From positions 57,352,001 through 57,416,000 of the forward strand of contig NC_087437.1 in the NCBI RefSeq assembly GCF_036321535.1: a DNA stretch of 64,000 nucleotides, in the 5' to 3' direction. Shown here piece by piece: positions 49,401-61,609 of the stretch. Source of the DNA: Camelus dromedarius. Its lineage: Eukaryota. The notes below the pieces were generated by a model. That model searched no databases. It was not told the DNA's origin and was given only the letters and a program-made list of their open reading frames with translations. Each line of letters begins with the position of its first letter. Positions within the stretch are counted from its first letter, which is position 1. Made by a program: the position numbers and the translations under genes.

Positions 49401-51151
49401 TAAAAACATGAATAGGTAGTAAGGAAGTAGATGTAGTCAGTTACATTTAATTTGATGTAAACAGGAAAAACATACAAAAAGCAATATACTGATGTGAGGG
49501 TGTAGCAAGGAAGGTCACGTGGGGTACTGTGTGTGAAATACAGAGAAGATGTGAGATTATTGGTAGACTGGATAACAACCAACACAGAAGAAGAAAATGA
49601 CTATCCAGGAGAAGAGACAGGTAATGATCAATGTACTAAGAGAATCAAAATACACATACAAAAAGCTTATTTCTATGAAAGAGAAGAGGCAAAAATCTCC
49701 TAAGAACAAAGTTAAAAAAAAAAAGCAGGGAAGTCAAATAGAAACCTGACATAAAGAAATGAATCTTCTTATTCTAGGCAGACTTTGAAGCAGCCACACC
49801 AAAGGGTCAAGGGGCTTGTTATGGGTGATGAAGGTATTCATGTTGTCTGAATTCTCAAATCACTGAGCTCACATCACCGTACATCGTGCTTCAATATTGT
49901 GAAGCAGGCATTATCGTTTTCAAGAGAAGAGCTTCTCATGCAATGTATCCTCAAAAATTAACACAAAAATGTGTATCATCCATCTGTCTCTTCGATTTTT
50001 TAAAAAATATCCTTCAACTCTAAATCTGGCCTCAACTGTCTACTCTTCTAATAATAAATACAATAAAATTATTGTGAAAAAGTCAGATAAGAATTAACTG
50101 CCTACATGGGAATTCTTTGTTTTCTAGTTAGGTATTACATTCATTTCTATTAATCTTCAATGTTCATCAGACTAGGGGAATCAACTTGATTAAAAGGCAA
50201 AAGAGAGTGGAAACTTCTCAAATTTATACTAAAACCTTTTTATTTATGTTTATACTTTAACAGAATCCTATAGAATATAAAAATGGATATTGAAGATGCC
50301 ATTATTTGAAAAGTTAATGTTAAAAAAATCTGCCTGTAACCACCCATTTTTAAAAGAACGAAAGAAAGAAAGCCATTTATTTGGAAAAGCAAACCCTGCC
50401 TCACTCTTTTGGAGTAAATGTTTACGGACTATGCCTGTGAATTATGCTAGCTGTGTACCCGAATGCAAAGGGGACGTGAATAATCTTACAAATGTGGCAG
50501 GATTCCCACAAACCCCAGAAACCACATTAGCCAAACAGCTAGAGCTCAGCGGGCTTTCTAACAGGACAGTTTGTCTCAAGAAAGGTCAGAGTGACCTTGT
50601 CAATTGCTGAGTTTGTAAGTAAGTAATTAATGAATTACAAAGCAAAGAACTCCGTGGCCTGCCTAGGCTGGAAACAATAGTAGCATAGAGGAAAATCTGT
50701 TCTTTGCCCACATACCCATTCACTCTTAAAAATATCCCCTCAGTTCCCAACACCTTCAGTTGTGACAAGAGGAAAATACCTTCATTTGCTGAATACCTAC
50801 AGTGTGCCTGGCACTTTACAGGCATAATTTCAGAGCCCTGTATCTCATCAATGCTACATAGATTTAGGATTTCTGTCAAGAAGAAATTATTCACAACTAT
50901 TATGATTAACATGGAGGGCTGTAATGAGGATTAAATGCACTCTGGGCTTAGAACTACACAGGGAAAGGGGGCAGGAGTACTGAGAAGGTCATGAGTCCAA
51001 GTTCCAGGGACACAGTGCCTGCTAAGGATGAGGCTTAATCATGACAGAGGACGCCCTCCATCCACCTCCAGGTTTGCTCCGATCAAGTAACAAATAACTT
51101 GCTAGGGATGAATCCTCCGTGAGGTGCAGCGAACAGGGAACCAGAACATCA

Positions 51152-51194
51152 AACACACATACACACACACACGCACACACATACATACACACAT
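51152..51194. repeat. Imperfect (CA)n microsatellite
   Basis: Direct reading. Confidence 0.9.
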
Positions 51195-52090
51195 TCACCC
51201 CTAGCATATTCGGTGTGAATGGCTGAAAACAAAAAACAGAGAAGTTGGGAAGGTAGCCAGAGAAAAAGATACATCACACAAAGAGGAACTAAGATGAGAA
51301 TGAGAGCAGTCATCCTTTTTCAGAAATCATGCAGGAGACCATGGAGTGACGTCTTTAAAGTGCTGAAGGAAAATTTAAAAAAAATAATAAATAAACTGAC
51401 AAACTAAAATTCCATTCCTAATAAAATGATTTTACAGGAATAAAGAAGAAATACTTTCATTAGAAAAACCAACATTCTGAGAATGTATGACTAATAGACA
51501 AAGTCTAGAAGATATGAAAAAGGAATTTATTCAGGCGGAAAAAATAGGATACCAGACAGAAACTTGGATCTATACAGAGACAAAGAGAACTAAAACTTAA
51601 ATAAATGAAGGTATAATACAATTCTATTTTTTCTTTTTTAAAAATTTTTTCAAAATGTACATGAGTGTTGAAAGCAAAAATTATAGGAATCTATTTTGTG
51701 TTTGTAGCATATGTAAAACTAAAAGGCATAAACACAATAGCATAAAAAAATGGGAGAGAGATAATGAGAATATACAGTTATAAAATATGAGAAGCTGTAT
51801 AATATTATTTGAAGGTAGACTCTAATTAATTACAAATATATAGCAACCCTGAAGACAGCTACTAATGAAGCTTTATAGGTACAGACAATAAGCCAACAGA
51901 GAAGATGAAACAGAATTAAAAATATGCTCAACTAAGAGCTTCCAAGAGAAGGTGTAAAAAGAGGAAAAGAGAAATAAAGAACAGATGAAACAAATTACCT
52001 AACAAGAGAGTAGATTTTAATTCAATCATATTAATAATCACATTAAGTAGGAATCATCTAAACAGTTCAGTTAAAAGACAATGATTCTCA

Positions 52091-52310
52091 AGCAGGGAGA
52101 GTGTAGCTCAGTGGTAGAGTGCTTGCCTAGCATGCACGCGGTCCTAGGTTCAATCCCCAGTATCTTCATTAGAGTAAATAAGTTTCATTGGTATTTTCAG
52201 GTATCAAAATTCATCAAACTGTAAATTTGAAATATGTGTAGTTTCCTGTACAGGAACCATACCACAATAAAGGTGTTAATAAACAAACAAACCTAATTAC
52301 CACCCCCACA
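52091..52310 (+). mobile_element. Camelid tRNA-derived SINE (long-tail variant) carrying a ~95-bp internal insert
   Basis: A/B boxes TAGCTCAGTGG and GGTTCAATCCC; tail AAACCTAATTACCACCCCC; TSD AAAAGACAATGATTCTCA / AAAAGGCAGTGATTCTCA. Confidence 0.88.
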
Positions 52311-53947
52311 AAAAGGCAGTGATTCTCAGATTGAATAAAAAAAAGTAACACCAAACTCTGTATTGCAAACAAGAAAGTCAATTTAATATAAAGACATACC
52401 TTCAAAGTCAAAGGACAGAGAAAGATCTCCCATGCTAGTATTAATCAAAAGAAAGCTAGGGTGGCTGTATTAATAAGAGACAAAGTAAATTTTTTGACTA
52501 AAGCACATTCTTAGGGTTAAATAGGGACATAGTTTGATAACAAAGGGTCAATTCTCTAAGGAGATATAATGGTAACAAAAATGAAAGTAACAGCAGAGGT
52601 TCAAAATGCATAAAGTAAAAATTGATAGAACTTAAAAGCAGATGTCCATATTCTTAAAAGTCAACCTTTATAGACATTCCACACCTTTATAAAAATTAAT
52701 ATAAAATGGACCATAAATACAAATGTAAAATATAAGGCTATAAAACTTTTAAATTCTAGAATAAAACATAGGAGGAAAACCTGCATGACTTTGGTTTGGC
52801 ACATTTTTTTCTTTTTAGAAACAGTGCCAAAACATAATCCATAAATAACAACAAAAACAATAGTAATAATTATTATTATTCTTATAATAAATGGGACTAT
52901 CAAAATTAAAAACAATTGTATAGGCAAAGATGGTTAAGATAATGAAAAGATAGCCAATATTAAAGAGAATTTTATGGATTAATTTTTCTTTATCTCTGAT
53001 AAAGAATCTTTATCCAGAGTATATAAAGATCTCTAAGAAGACAAAATGGGCAAAAGATCTGAACAAAAATAACTGTACACAAACACTGTACCATAGATGA
53101 TACATTTATTTCCAGCACGAGTACCAATTATCAATTCTGAAACTGCTTTTTATTTATTCTAAAGTTGAACAGAGAAATATATCATAGATAATGAGAGCCA
53201 GTCTTCTCACCCTCAGACAAAGAAGGTAAAGTAAAGGGGAAATAAAAGAGGAATAGAAGGAGAATGCTAAAATGGTGCTGGCTAGAATTGGAGATATCTG
53301 TATGAACTCATGCTTTGCTTTTTGGTTCTTTAAATATATATGCACATTGATACATATAGAAATAAATATACCTACTGTACACATGTGTTAAGATATATAT
53401 ATAATACATATGTATTTTTTTCTAGTCCTGTCCTCTGATGGAGCCTAGAAGCAGTGACATCCATTAGCAATAACACCTAGCACACGTATCTTGGTTTCTG
53501 ATAATCATTTTCCAATAAAAGGAACCAGAGTTCCTTGGAGAAGTGATTCATTTCAGGGGTGGTGTATAAGCTCGAAGCATCTTGTAATGCCAGAATAAAT
53601 AAATAAATACATGAATAAATGAAGGAATAAATGGATGGATGAATGAATGAATGGTGGAAGCATGTTGAAAAGTATGCTGAAGACAACTGGAAATAGTTGA
53701 CAATGGTAGAATCTGGAGCAATTTGAGCACCACCATAAATAACTATTTTATTGGAATATAACACAAAGAATAAAATAAATATTCATGATTCCATGCTGAT
53801 ATAAACAAATGATTAAATAAATACAAGAGGGAGAAGGAGTATTGAATCTCTTCTTTACAAAAGAGAGAAATAGAAGAATCACCATTGGAATATCACAGTA
53901 ACAGTTGCTGGAGGCAAGACCCATGGAATACTAAAATTAGAAGTTTA

Positions 53948-54102
53948 GGGTGGGGGGTACAGCACAGTGGTAGAGTTGGTAGAGGGCACACTTGGTGTGT
54001 ACAAGGTCCTGAGTTCAATCCCCAGTGCCTCTGTTAAGGAGGAAAAAATAAAATAAAAATTAAAAGCTTGATTCTAAAAAAGTTAATCTTTAAAAAAAAA
54101 AA
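53948..54102 (+). mobile_element. Camelid tRNA-derived SINE with extended tail
   Basis: GGGTACAGCACAGTGGTAGAG..GGTCCTGAGTTCAATCCCCAGTGCCTC; candidate TSD AGAAGTTTA / AGAGGTTTA. Confidence 0.85.
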
Positions 54103-54824
54103 AGAGGTTTAAATGTTAAAGAGAAACATGGTGGTATTTGTACAGTTTCAACGTATTTTACCCTAAATATTTAAAGTATAGAGAGGAAACAATAAATAGA
54201 TCCGTGAGCAAATGAAGGAATAAATGGATGAATGAATGAATGATGGAGGCATGTTGCAAAGTATTCAAATAGATAAGAAATAGCAATAGAGAAGAAACAG
54301 TGCCCAAATCTGGCAGACGTCACCTTAACCAAGTTATCAATGCTCATATAGCCAGTGATACAATATACTGATACACTGTGAGTAGTATATTACCTCTGTG
54401 GTATTTTTGCCCACACCGTCTAATCTTGAGAAAATATCAGATACCCTCAAATTGAGGAACATTTTCCATAATACCTGACCAGAACTCTTCAAATGAGTTT
54501 AAGTCACGAAAGATAAGGAAAGACTGAGGAAGTGTCACAGATAGGAGAAGACTAATATGAGGCATTAGTAAACACAATATGGGATCCTGGATTAGATTTT
54601 GGAACAGAAAAAAGACACATTAGTGGAAATAAGTGGTGAAGTTCAGAGTCTATAATTTAAATAGAATTGAACCAATGTTGATTTCTGAGTTTTGATAATG
54701 GTACCGTGACTACATAAGATGCAAACATTAGACAAAACTCGGTGAAGGGTAATAGGAACTCCTTGTAACTCTTCTACAGAGCTAAAATTATTTCAAAATA
54801 AGACTTTTTTCTTTTTAAGTACCA

Positions 54825-54940
54825 ATTGTTTTCCCAGATCGAATTGCATCTGACCTGGGTCTTAGGCCTGGGCATCAGTATTTTCAGTAAAACTCCCCTG
54901 TTGATTATAATATCAGTCAGGGTTAACAACACTGATCTAC
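54825..54940. mobile_element. MER5-like MITE fragment
   Basis: GGCCTGGGCATCAGTATTTT..AAAACTCCCCTGTTGATTATAAT..CAGGGTTAACAACACTGATCTA. Confidence 0.65.
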
Positions 54941-55439
54941 AAGGGTAAAAGAATAAAGGGAAAGTGAAAATGATGATATAAAGGGTCAAAAATTAATACA
55001 AAGAACAAATAGCAATTTACTTGTATTTGCCAGAAATTTCACAAATATAAAATGTTATTTATATAAATCCATTTTTGTTGGTTTCAGCAGGATTACTGAT
55101 GATACTATTGAGAGAGAATGTGACAAAATAATAGATATGTCTGAGTAAATGCATGTAGACAAAGTGTTTCTCTGTTCTTGTATGTTTTTTTGCCTCCCTC
55201 AAAAGCAGATTTACAACTGCTAATTTTATAATCAGGAGAAATACATTTAAAAGACACAAAGAAAAATGTGCCTTCTAACTGATGCTTACGCACTTTAAGT
55301 GTGAGGACGTCCGCCCCGGTGCAGCTCCAGTTCCTTCACAGGTCATCCGGATGGCAGGGGTACACTACTAAATATGGAGACTTGAATCAAAGAAGTAAAA
55401 TAATCCTAACCTCTGTTTGGAAATACCAAGACCCCAAAC

Positions 55440-55972
55440 TTAACCATTATGGAAAACAGTACGGAGACTCTTCAAAAAACTAAAAATAGACTTACCATAT
55501 GATCCATCCTCTCCTGGACATATATCCATAGGGAACTCTAATTTGAAAAGATACATGCTCCCTAGTGTTCACAGCAGCACTCTATACAATAGCCAAGACG
55601 TGGAAACAACCTAAATGTCCATCGACAGATGACTGGATAAAGAAGTTGTGGTATATTTTTATAATGGAATACTTCTCGACCATAAGAAAGAATAAGATAA
55701 TGCCATTTGCAGCAACATGGATGGATCTAGAGAGATCGTTGTTGTAAGTGAAGTAAGCCAGAAAGAGAAAGGAAAATACCACATGATATCACTTACATGT
55801 GGAATTTAAAAAAAAAAAAAAGAAAAGAAAGGAAAAAAAGAGGACACTAATGAACTGATCTACAAAACAGAAACAGAGTCACAGAAATAGTAAATAATCT
55901 TATAATTACCGGGGGAAAGGGAGTGGGAAGGGATAAATTTGGGAGTATGAGATTTGCAAATTTAACATATAC
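55440..55972 (+). mobile_element. L1 ORF2 C-terminus plus partial 3' UTR, truncated at both ends
   Basis: ORF 55565 [41 protein letters not shown]; homologous to 900-1390; lacks the terminal UTR and poly(A). Confidence 0.93.
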
Positions 55973-56769
55973 ACAACAAGCAATTCTTTCAACCATTCCT
56001 GGAGGTGGACATCTCTGGACAACTTGCTTCACTTTTGGACTGGCAAAGTTATTAGAAAACTGCCCAAAGTCAACACCATGACTCCGTTCTGTTCCTACCT
56101 ACTTGACCCTTAAATCCAGGCTTTGAAACATCTCCATTGAAATTAGCTGTCGTTCAAAGAATGAAGGACAAGAGTGGATGAGAAGAAAAGTTCACGGTCA
56201 GTCCTTGGCTTTTATATTGATTCAGTCACCCAAGGACCTCAAGTACAATTGTATTGAAGTGTAAATTAGAAACTTAACATAAAATAAATTCAGAATCTTT
56301 CCACCTACCTCCCCAAGTCCCAAGTCAGTATAATAAATACTTCGTAGGCTTGCCAAGGTCACCCGTAAAGGAGTTTTGATTTAAAGAGAATAAACCAATA
56401 TTTTTTAATGGATTATTTTCCAATGTGAATGCAAAAATTCAGCCTCTCTGAACCCACTGGTTCTAATGGTAAAACTCAGCCCAATTAAACAAAGAGTCAG
56501 CCACAGTCTAAAACATTCCCTATTACATTGCATTAGGAACATTTTATTCATTACATCACTTGCCCAGTTGTTATGGCTCAAATGATTTTAAACACTTAGT
56601 TACATCTTCGGGAGTGAGTATTTCTTGCTGGTGAAACTGGTGTGTTATCTAAAGAAGCAAACCAAAAAGACCAGGGTAACTAACATCCTGGTAAAGATCT
56701 TAGGACAGATTAAATCAAAGGAATGAAGGATGAGAGAGCAAACAATCTTTGAATTACAAAATGTGCTAG

Positions 56770-56915
56770 GGGTTGTGCCAGGCATATGAATTATTTTATT
56801 CGATTTACCATTTGTAACATTATTATACATGGGTATTATTAGTCTCACTCCATAGACGAGTCTTAGGGGAGAGAGAGCACGTGCCCACGGCAGCCGATGT
56901 AAAGACCTCAGCTCC
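56770..56915 (-). mobile_element. MIR SINE
   Basis: GTGCCAGGCA..GGGTATTATTAGTCTCACTCCATAGACGAG..CACGTGCCCACGGCA. Confidence 0.55.
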
Positions 56916-58227
56916 TCATTCACTACGTCATCGGCCACAGACTTGGCCAATGGGAGGGATTAAGGGAGGAAAATGGGGAGTCAGATTGAATTTCCTTTAG
57001 CTGCCACATGCTGGGATAGAGCTCCCTGTTACAAGAATTGGAGTGTTTTATTCTCTAATGTATTGAATTTTATCAGAGCACCAAACAGTACTCTCGTATC
57101 CTGAAAGAGTTAGTACACTATAACCTGGAGACCATGAAATCATGGGATAGACAAGCCAGAAAGAATTTAGAAAGCATCTGGTCCAATTGTTTCCAAACCT
57201 TTTATGTTTGGAATGGGAGCCTCCCAAAGAAAAATTTAACCAAAAGTCTCACATTTAAACGGATAAATACAGGGTTGCACTGTTGGCTGTGAAGTGGGGT
57301 CCACAACACTACCCTTCCTGTCCTTCCACAGTACCTCCTACCCAGCAGGCTGCTGGTGTGCCTCTCAGAACCGTGAGGAAGGAGGAGGGAGTACTGGAAA
57401 GAACAATGTCCTAAACTTTTCATTTTCTGGAGAGGAAATCTAAAGCCTCAGATCATACAGTAATTCAGTGATCACATTGGAAAATGAGGGAGCTCAGGCC
57501 AAAACGGAGACATTGAATCAGTACGGAAGACAGGGAAATTGATCCCTGCCCTGCCAAGCTCCCAGGGCCATGGTGAGATATAAGATGATGTAATTCAATC
57601 TGGAAAGTTTGAGGAAAGGAAAATTCACCTTATGGTTTTTTTAATGGCAAAAGCTCTGCAGTTGAGCAATGCACGGTTTGCATCACTCTGCAGTGTGCTG
57701 TGCAGGACTAACATCTCTGATTTCATCGTCTTTGATTATTATTATTTTAATTTTCAGCTTGGATGCTTGGTGGTTCCGTATTCAAAAGCCAGTAATAAAA
57801 TGAAGTGCTCAGAACCCATGAGAGGCCGTGTTATTCTTTCAGGGCCCCCCCGCCCCCCCCAGTCTCTGCCACCTTGAAAACTGCATCTAAGTTTCTGAAA
57901 AAAGCTGGCCAGTCCTTTCCTTATCCTCCTGTTCGCTGCAGGCACTCCACGGGGCTGTTTGATGCGCCCAGCTGCAGCCTGGCTTTTCCCAGCGGAGAGG
58001 TGCCTGTCAGCCTCTCACTCCCCTTGGCTCCCCTCCAGTGAGTCAGCCCTCTCCACCACCACCCCCCTCTGCTTCCTGGCAGCTGGAACTGATGGCTGGA
58101 AGCTGGTGGCAAACTGTGGCACCTGGCTGTTTGATCTGCCACTAATGACAGCCCCCGCTGAATCGCAGCTCAATAGCTGTATCTTCCCTTCCTAAAGGTC
58201 CAAGCTGGAAAAAAGGAAAGGCCATTC

Positions 58228-58240
58228 TGACCTCTGACCT
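58228..58240 (-). promoter_or_regulatory. Perfect DR1 nuclear-receptor element
   Basis: TGACCTCTGACCT, i.e. AGGTCA-G-AGGTCA on the minus strand. Confidence 0.5.
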
Positions 58241-58499
58241 ACATGCCCGCCCAGGTGTAGAAGGCTCTCTGTGACTGTTTTCTTACATTTAGGAGGTAGT
58301 AGCAGACTGGAAGGTTAGCGAATTTCTTCAGGCCTGGTCATCTATCTGATCCTTGAATTTAGAAAACAACTGTGCTGCTCTGGAGAAGCAAAGGAGAAAG
58401 AGGAGAGACGTTTGCCTGGCTGCTGTTAATTACTATAATAATATCAAAACATGATGCTTACCATCTGAACCTGTTAAGGACACAAAGGAAAGGAATGCT

Positions 58500-58575
58500 A
58501 GGATTGGTTGCCCAGCAACATGATCCCGCCCCTGCCCCGGTCTGCACTTCTGATTGGAGGTTGCCCAGTGGTGAG
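58500..58575. promoter_or_regulatory. Promoter-like module: two CCAAT boxes, RFX X-box, GC box
   Basis: ATTGG 58503, GTTGCCCAGCAAC 58507-58519, CCCGCCCC 58525, ATTGG 58553, GTTGCCCAG 58560. Confidence 0.5.
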
Positions 58576-61141
58576 CAGACCTCTCTTCTTCCCTCTTGTC
58601 CCCCTCGAAACCTCACCCCCGTCCAGCCCCCCACCCCCACCCCAACGGATTTGTTTCTCTATAGATTAAAAACCAGTACCTTTTGAAAACCATTTACGTC
58701 AACATACTGATTAGCATGGATGTGGAGGCAAGTGCATAGTACGACTGGCTGGACTGTTTAAAAAAAAATAATTAAAGAAGACAATTTAGGTGATACTAAA
58801 AAAGGTTAACCCTTCCTGAAGCAGACAGTCTCCTTACTTAGAACTGCAAAATGGGTCAGAAGATAAAGAAGCTTCTATACGATCAAGAACACAGAACAAG
58901 AATGATACAAATGGAACATGTCTGCTTTCCTTGGCTGAGGTCACACAGTCCACCCTGTCTGGGGTTAAAGACCCAGAGTTGGCTTGGCGTTTGGGGATTG
59001 GCTGGCTGGATGTACTGCATTTCTGGTCGTGTGGACCATTTACAGGGACAGAAAAATTCTCCAGGTTGTGGTTTGCTGATGTGCACCCGCCAGTTTGGGC
59101 CTAGAAAATTCTTTCAATGCAACCAGTCATGGACACCCCATGCTAGAAAAACGTGGCCTTTGGGACAGCAGAAAGGCTTCCAGAGTTAAGTGGTGGCAGC
59201 GGGGCCGGGGCTGGTGCAGGTAAAGAGAATCACATTCTGTTCTCCTTGCCTTTCAGCTCTGTGGGTGTCGGGGGGTCACTACCTTCCGGGCCCTTTCCTT
59301 TTGAGAATGCCCACGACTGCTAGATAACGGTTCTTTTCTTGACGCCTTTCATTGTGACTCATCTGTATGGTTCTCTTTTTTCCTTCACACCAACTTTTCT
59401 CTGAACATTTTCTTAATTTACTTACATCCCTCCCATTTGTTTGGACTTATTTTTCATTCCTTTTCTTTTTATTAATGTTTGCCAAAATAATTTATTATCT
59501 CTTCCCAGATACACTTTCCTCCCCACAATCTTCCCCTTCCATCATATGATTTATGGACATCTTTTTATTTACTTCTTTTTCTCTGGAATTTATTTAAAGT
59601 TTTTTTTTTTCTTTAAGCATATGTTTGCCCTTTAAGGCTCCAAGTTTGGGTCTTGTCTCCAAAGTATGTTCACCAATGCCAGGTAGATTGAGAAATATAA
59701 AGTGGGTTACCAATTGTTTTCACAACGCTGGTGGAAGACTGTAGGTGGTGGTTAATGAAAGCTTCTGGGATAGTAGTCCTGCTGGAAGCATTAGCTGTGC
59801 TCCTAATCTTTTCTGATAAGCATGCCTTACAGGGAGATAAGAGAAATCAAAGGCAGTTTTTTTTTTTTATCCCTGTAGTTTTGAAGTCCACTAGTGCAGT
59901 TCCTGGTAGAGGCCATTTTAACTCCCTTCCAGATAAAAAAGTCTGAGCCTCAGAATCAAATATTTCCCTGCTATTCCCTCAGGCTCCCTTGTCAAACCCT
60001 CTGACTGACTAAAAACACCAAGCTTCACATCGTAAAACAAAATCTTTTAACCATAGAAGGATCAATGAACATGTTACCTGAAGAACAGGTGTGGTTTTGT
60101 GGATATGAGTAGCTCACATAGCCAGTGAAACTTGACTTCACCGTATACATTAACTGCGCTCCCCTAAAAGATGAATGAGCATGAATATTCATGGGGTGAG
60201 TCATATTTTGTCATAGGATTGCACTGTAACTATGGAAGCCTAATACAAAGGTAAAAGAAGATTGGAGGCCAAATTTAAATACCGTAGCATGCATTTTAAA
60301 AAGGCTGCCTCAGATAATTTGCAATCATGTATATTTATTCCTCTTTTGTCAAAGCCCACAAAAACCAATCATAGACAATCTAGATTTTCTTTTGGGCATT
60401 CATTAAAAGATACATAGTGAAATAAATCATTCTGTGGTTTGCTCCTTCATCAAGAATTCATTCTAACTCCAGGAAACAGGGACAACTTAAATAGCTTAAA
60501 TATTAACTCCTAGACATTCAACAGACTGTCAAATATACAATATAAATATTCTATATTACTCACTTGTCAGTGCCTAGAACCCCGAGGCCATAAATAGGTA
60601 AAGCCAATCACCGAAGGCCCTAACTACAAAGCAAGTTCTCATAAGATGTTGTAAGACAATCACATAAATCACGTTTTGGCAAAGAACTTTGAGAAATAAT
60701 ATTTCTAGGAAGACATGGAGAAGATAAGCCATTTAAGTGTAACAACAAAGCCAAAGCAGGAAGCGAGCAGCTTAATGAATCTTTTCTTCTTTTTTTTTCC
60801 CCAAATAATCTCAAACCACCAAACTTATTACATCAATGGCCCTAATTTAAGAGTCATTACTATCTTTTCCCTCTTCCATTCTTTTCTAACCTATTCATTC
60901 ATTAATTTATTAATTTATTAATTTGAGTTGGGTGAAAATGGTGCTAGTTGGAAGGCTTTTTAAAGAAATAATCCAGGAAGAACTGATGAGATGGTGAGAG
61001 CTGGAGCAAACATGACAGATGAAGAGAAAAAAAAAAGAGAGAAAGAAATTGAATAAGGAAGATGGAAATCGGGAAGGTGACTCCTCAGTTTCTAGTTGAA
61101 TGCTTGGATGAATGATCAGTTTCTTTTTAATGAACTTTTAA

Positions 61142-61290
61142 AAAAAATTTTTTTCACCTTTTTAGAGGGAGGGAAGAATTAGGTTTATTCACTTTGTTTT
61201 ATTTATTTATTTTAATGGATGTACCGGGGATTGAACCTAGGACCTTGTGCATGCTAAGCACACACTCTACCACGAGCTATACCCTCCCCC
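61142..61290 (-). mobile_element. Camelid tRNA-derived SINE (long-tail variant)
   Basis: Reverse complement GGGGGAGGGTATAGCTCGTGGTAGAG..GGTTCAATCCCCGGTAC..AAACCTAATT; exact 11-bp TSD TGAACTTTTAA (61131 and 61291). Confidence 0.92.
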
Positions 61291-61609
61291 TGAACTTTTA
61301 ATCTTAGAACAGTTCTAGACTTACAGAAAAATTATGACTTCCTATGAACCCACACCCAATTTCCCTTACTATTAATATCTTAGATAGTATGGCATATTGG
61401 TTAGAATTATTTGAACAAATACTGCTAATTTATGAGTAACTAAAATTCATACTTTATCCAAATTTCCTTAGTTTTTCTCCTAACATCCCTTTTCTGTTCC
61501 AGAATTCCATGTGAAACACAAGGTTACAAATGGTTGTCCAGTCCTCTTAGGTCCTCTTGGCTGTGGCAGTCTTTCCTTGTTTTTGATGACCTGACAGTTT
61601 TGAGGTGCA

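Larger units (their letters stand above)
51195..54805 (+). mobile_element. Fragmented old L1 (L1MC3/4-like): ORF1 C-terminus, ORF2 endonuclease start, ORF2 pieces and long 3' UTR; interrupted by two SINEs
   Basis: ORF 51219 has RYITQRGTKMRM..WSDVFKVLKE (ORF1 CTD). The endonuclease start is at about 52025. 3' UTR motifs TCTTGGTTTCTGATAATCATTTTCCAATAAAAGGAACCAGAG and GGGATCCTGGATTAGATTTTGGAACAGAAAAAAGAC. Confidence 0.85.
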
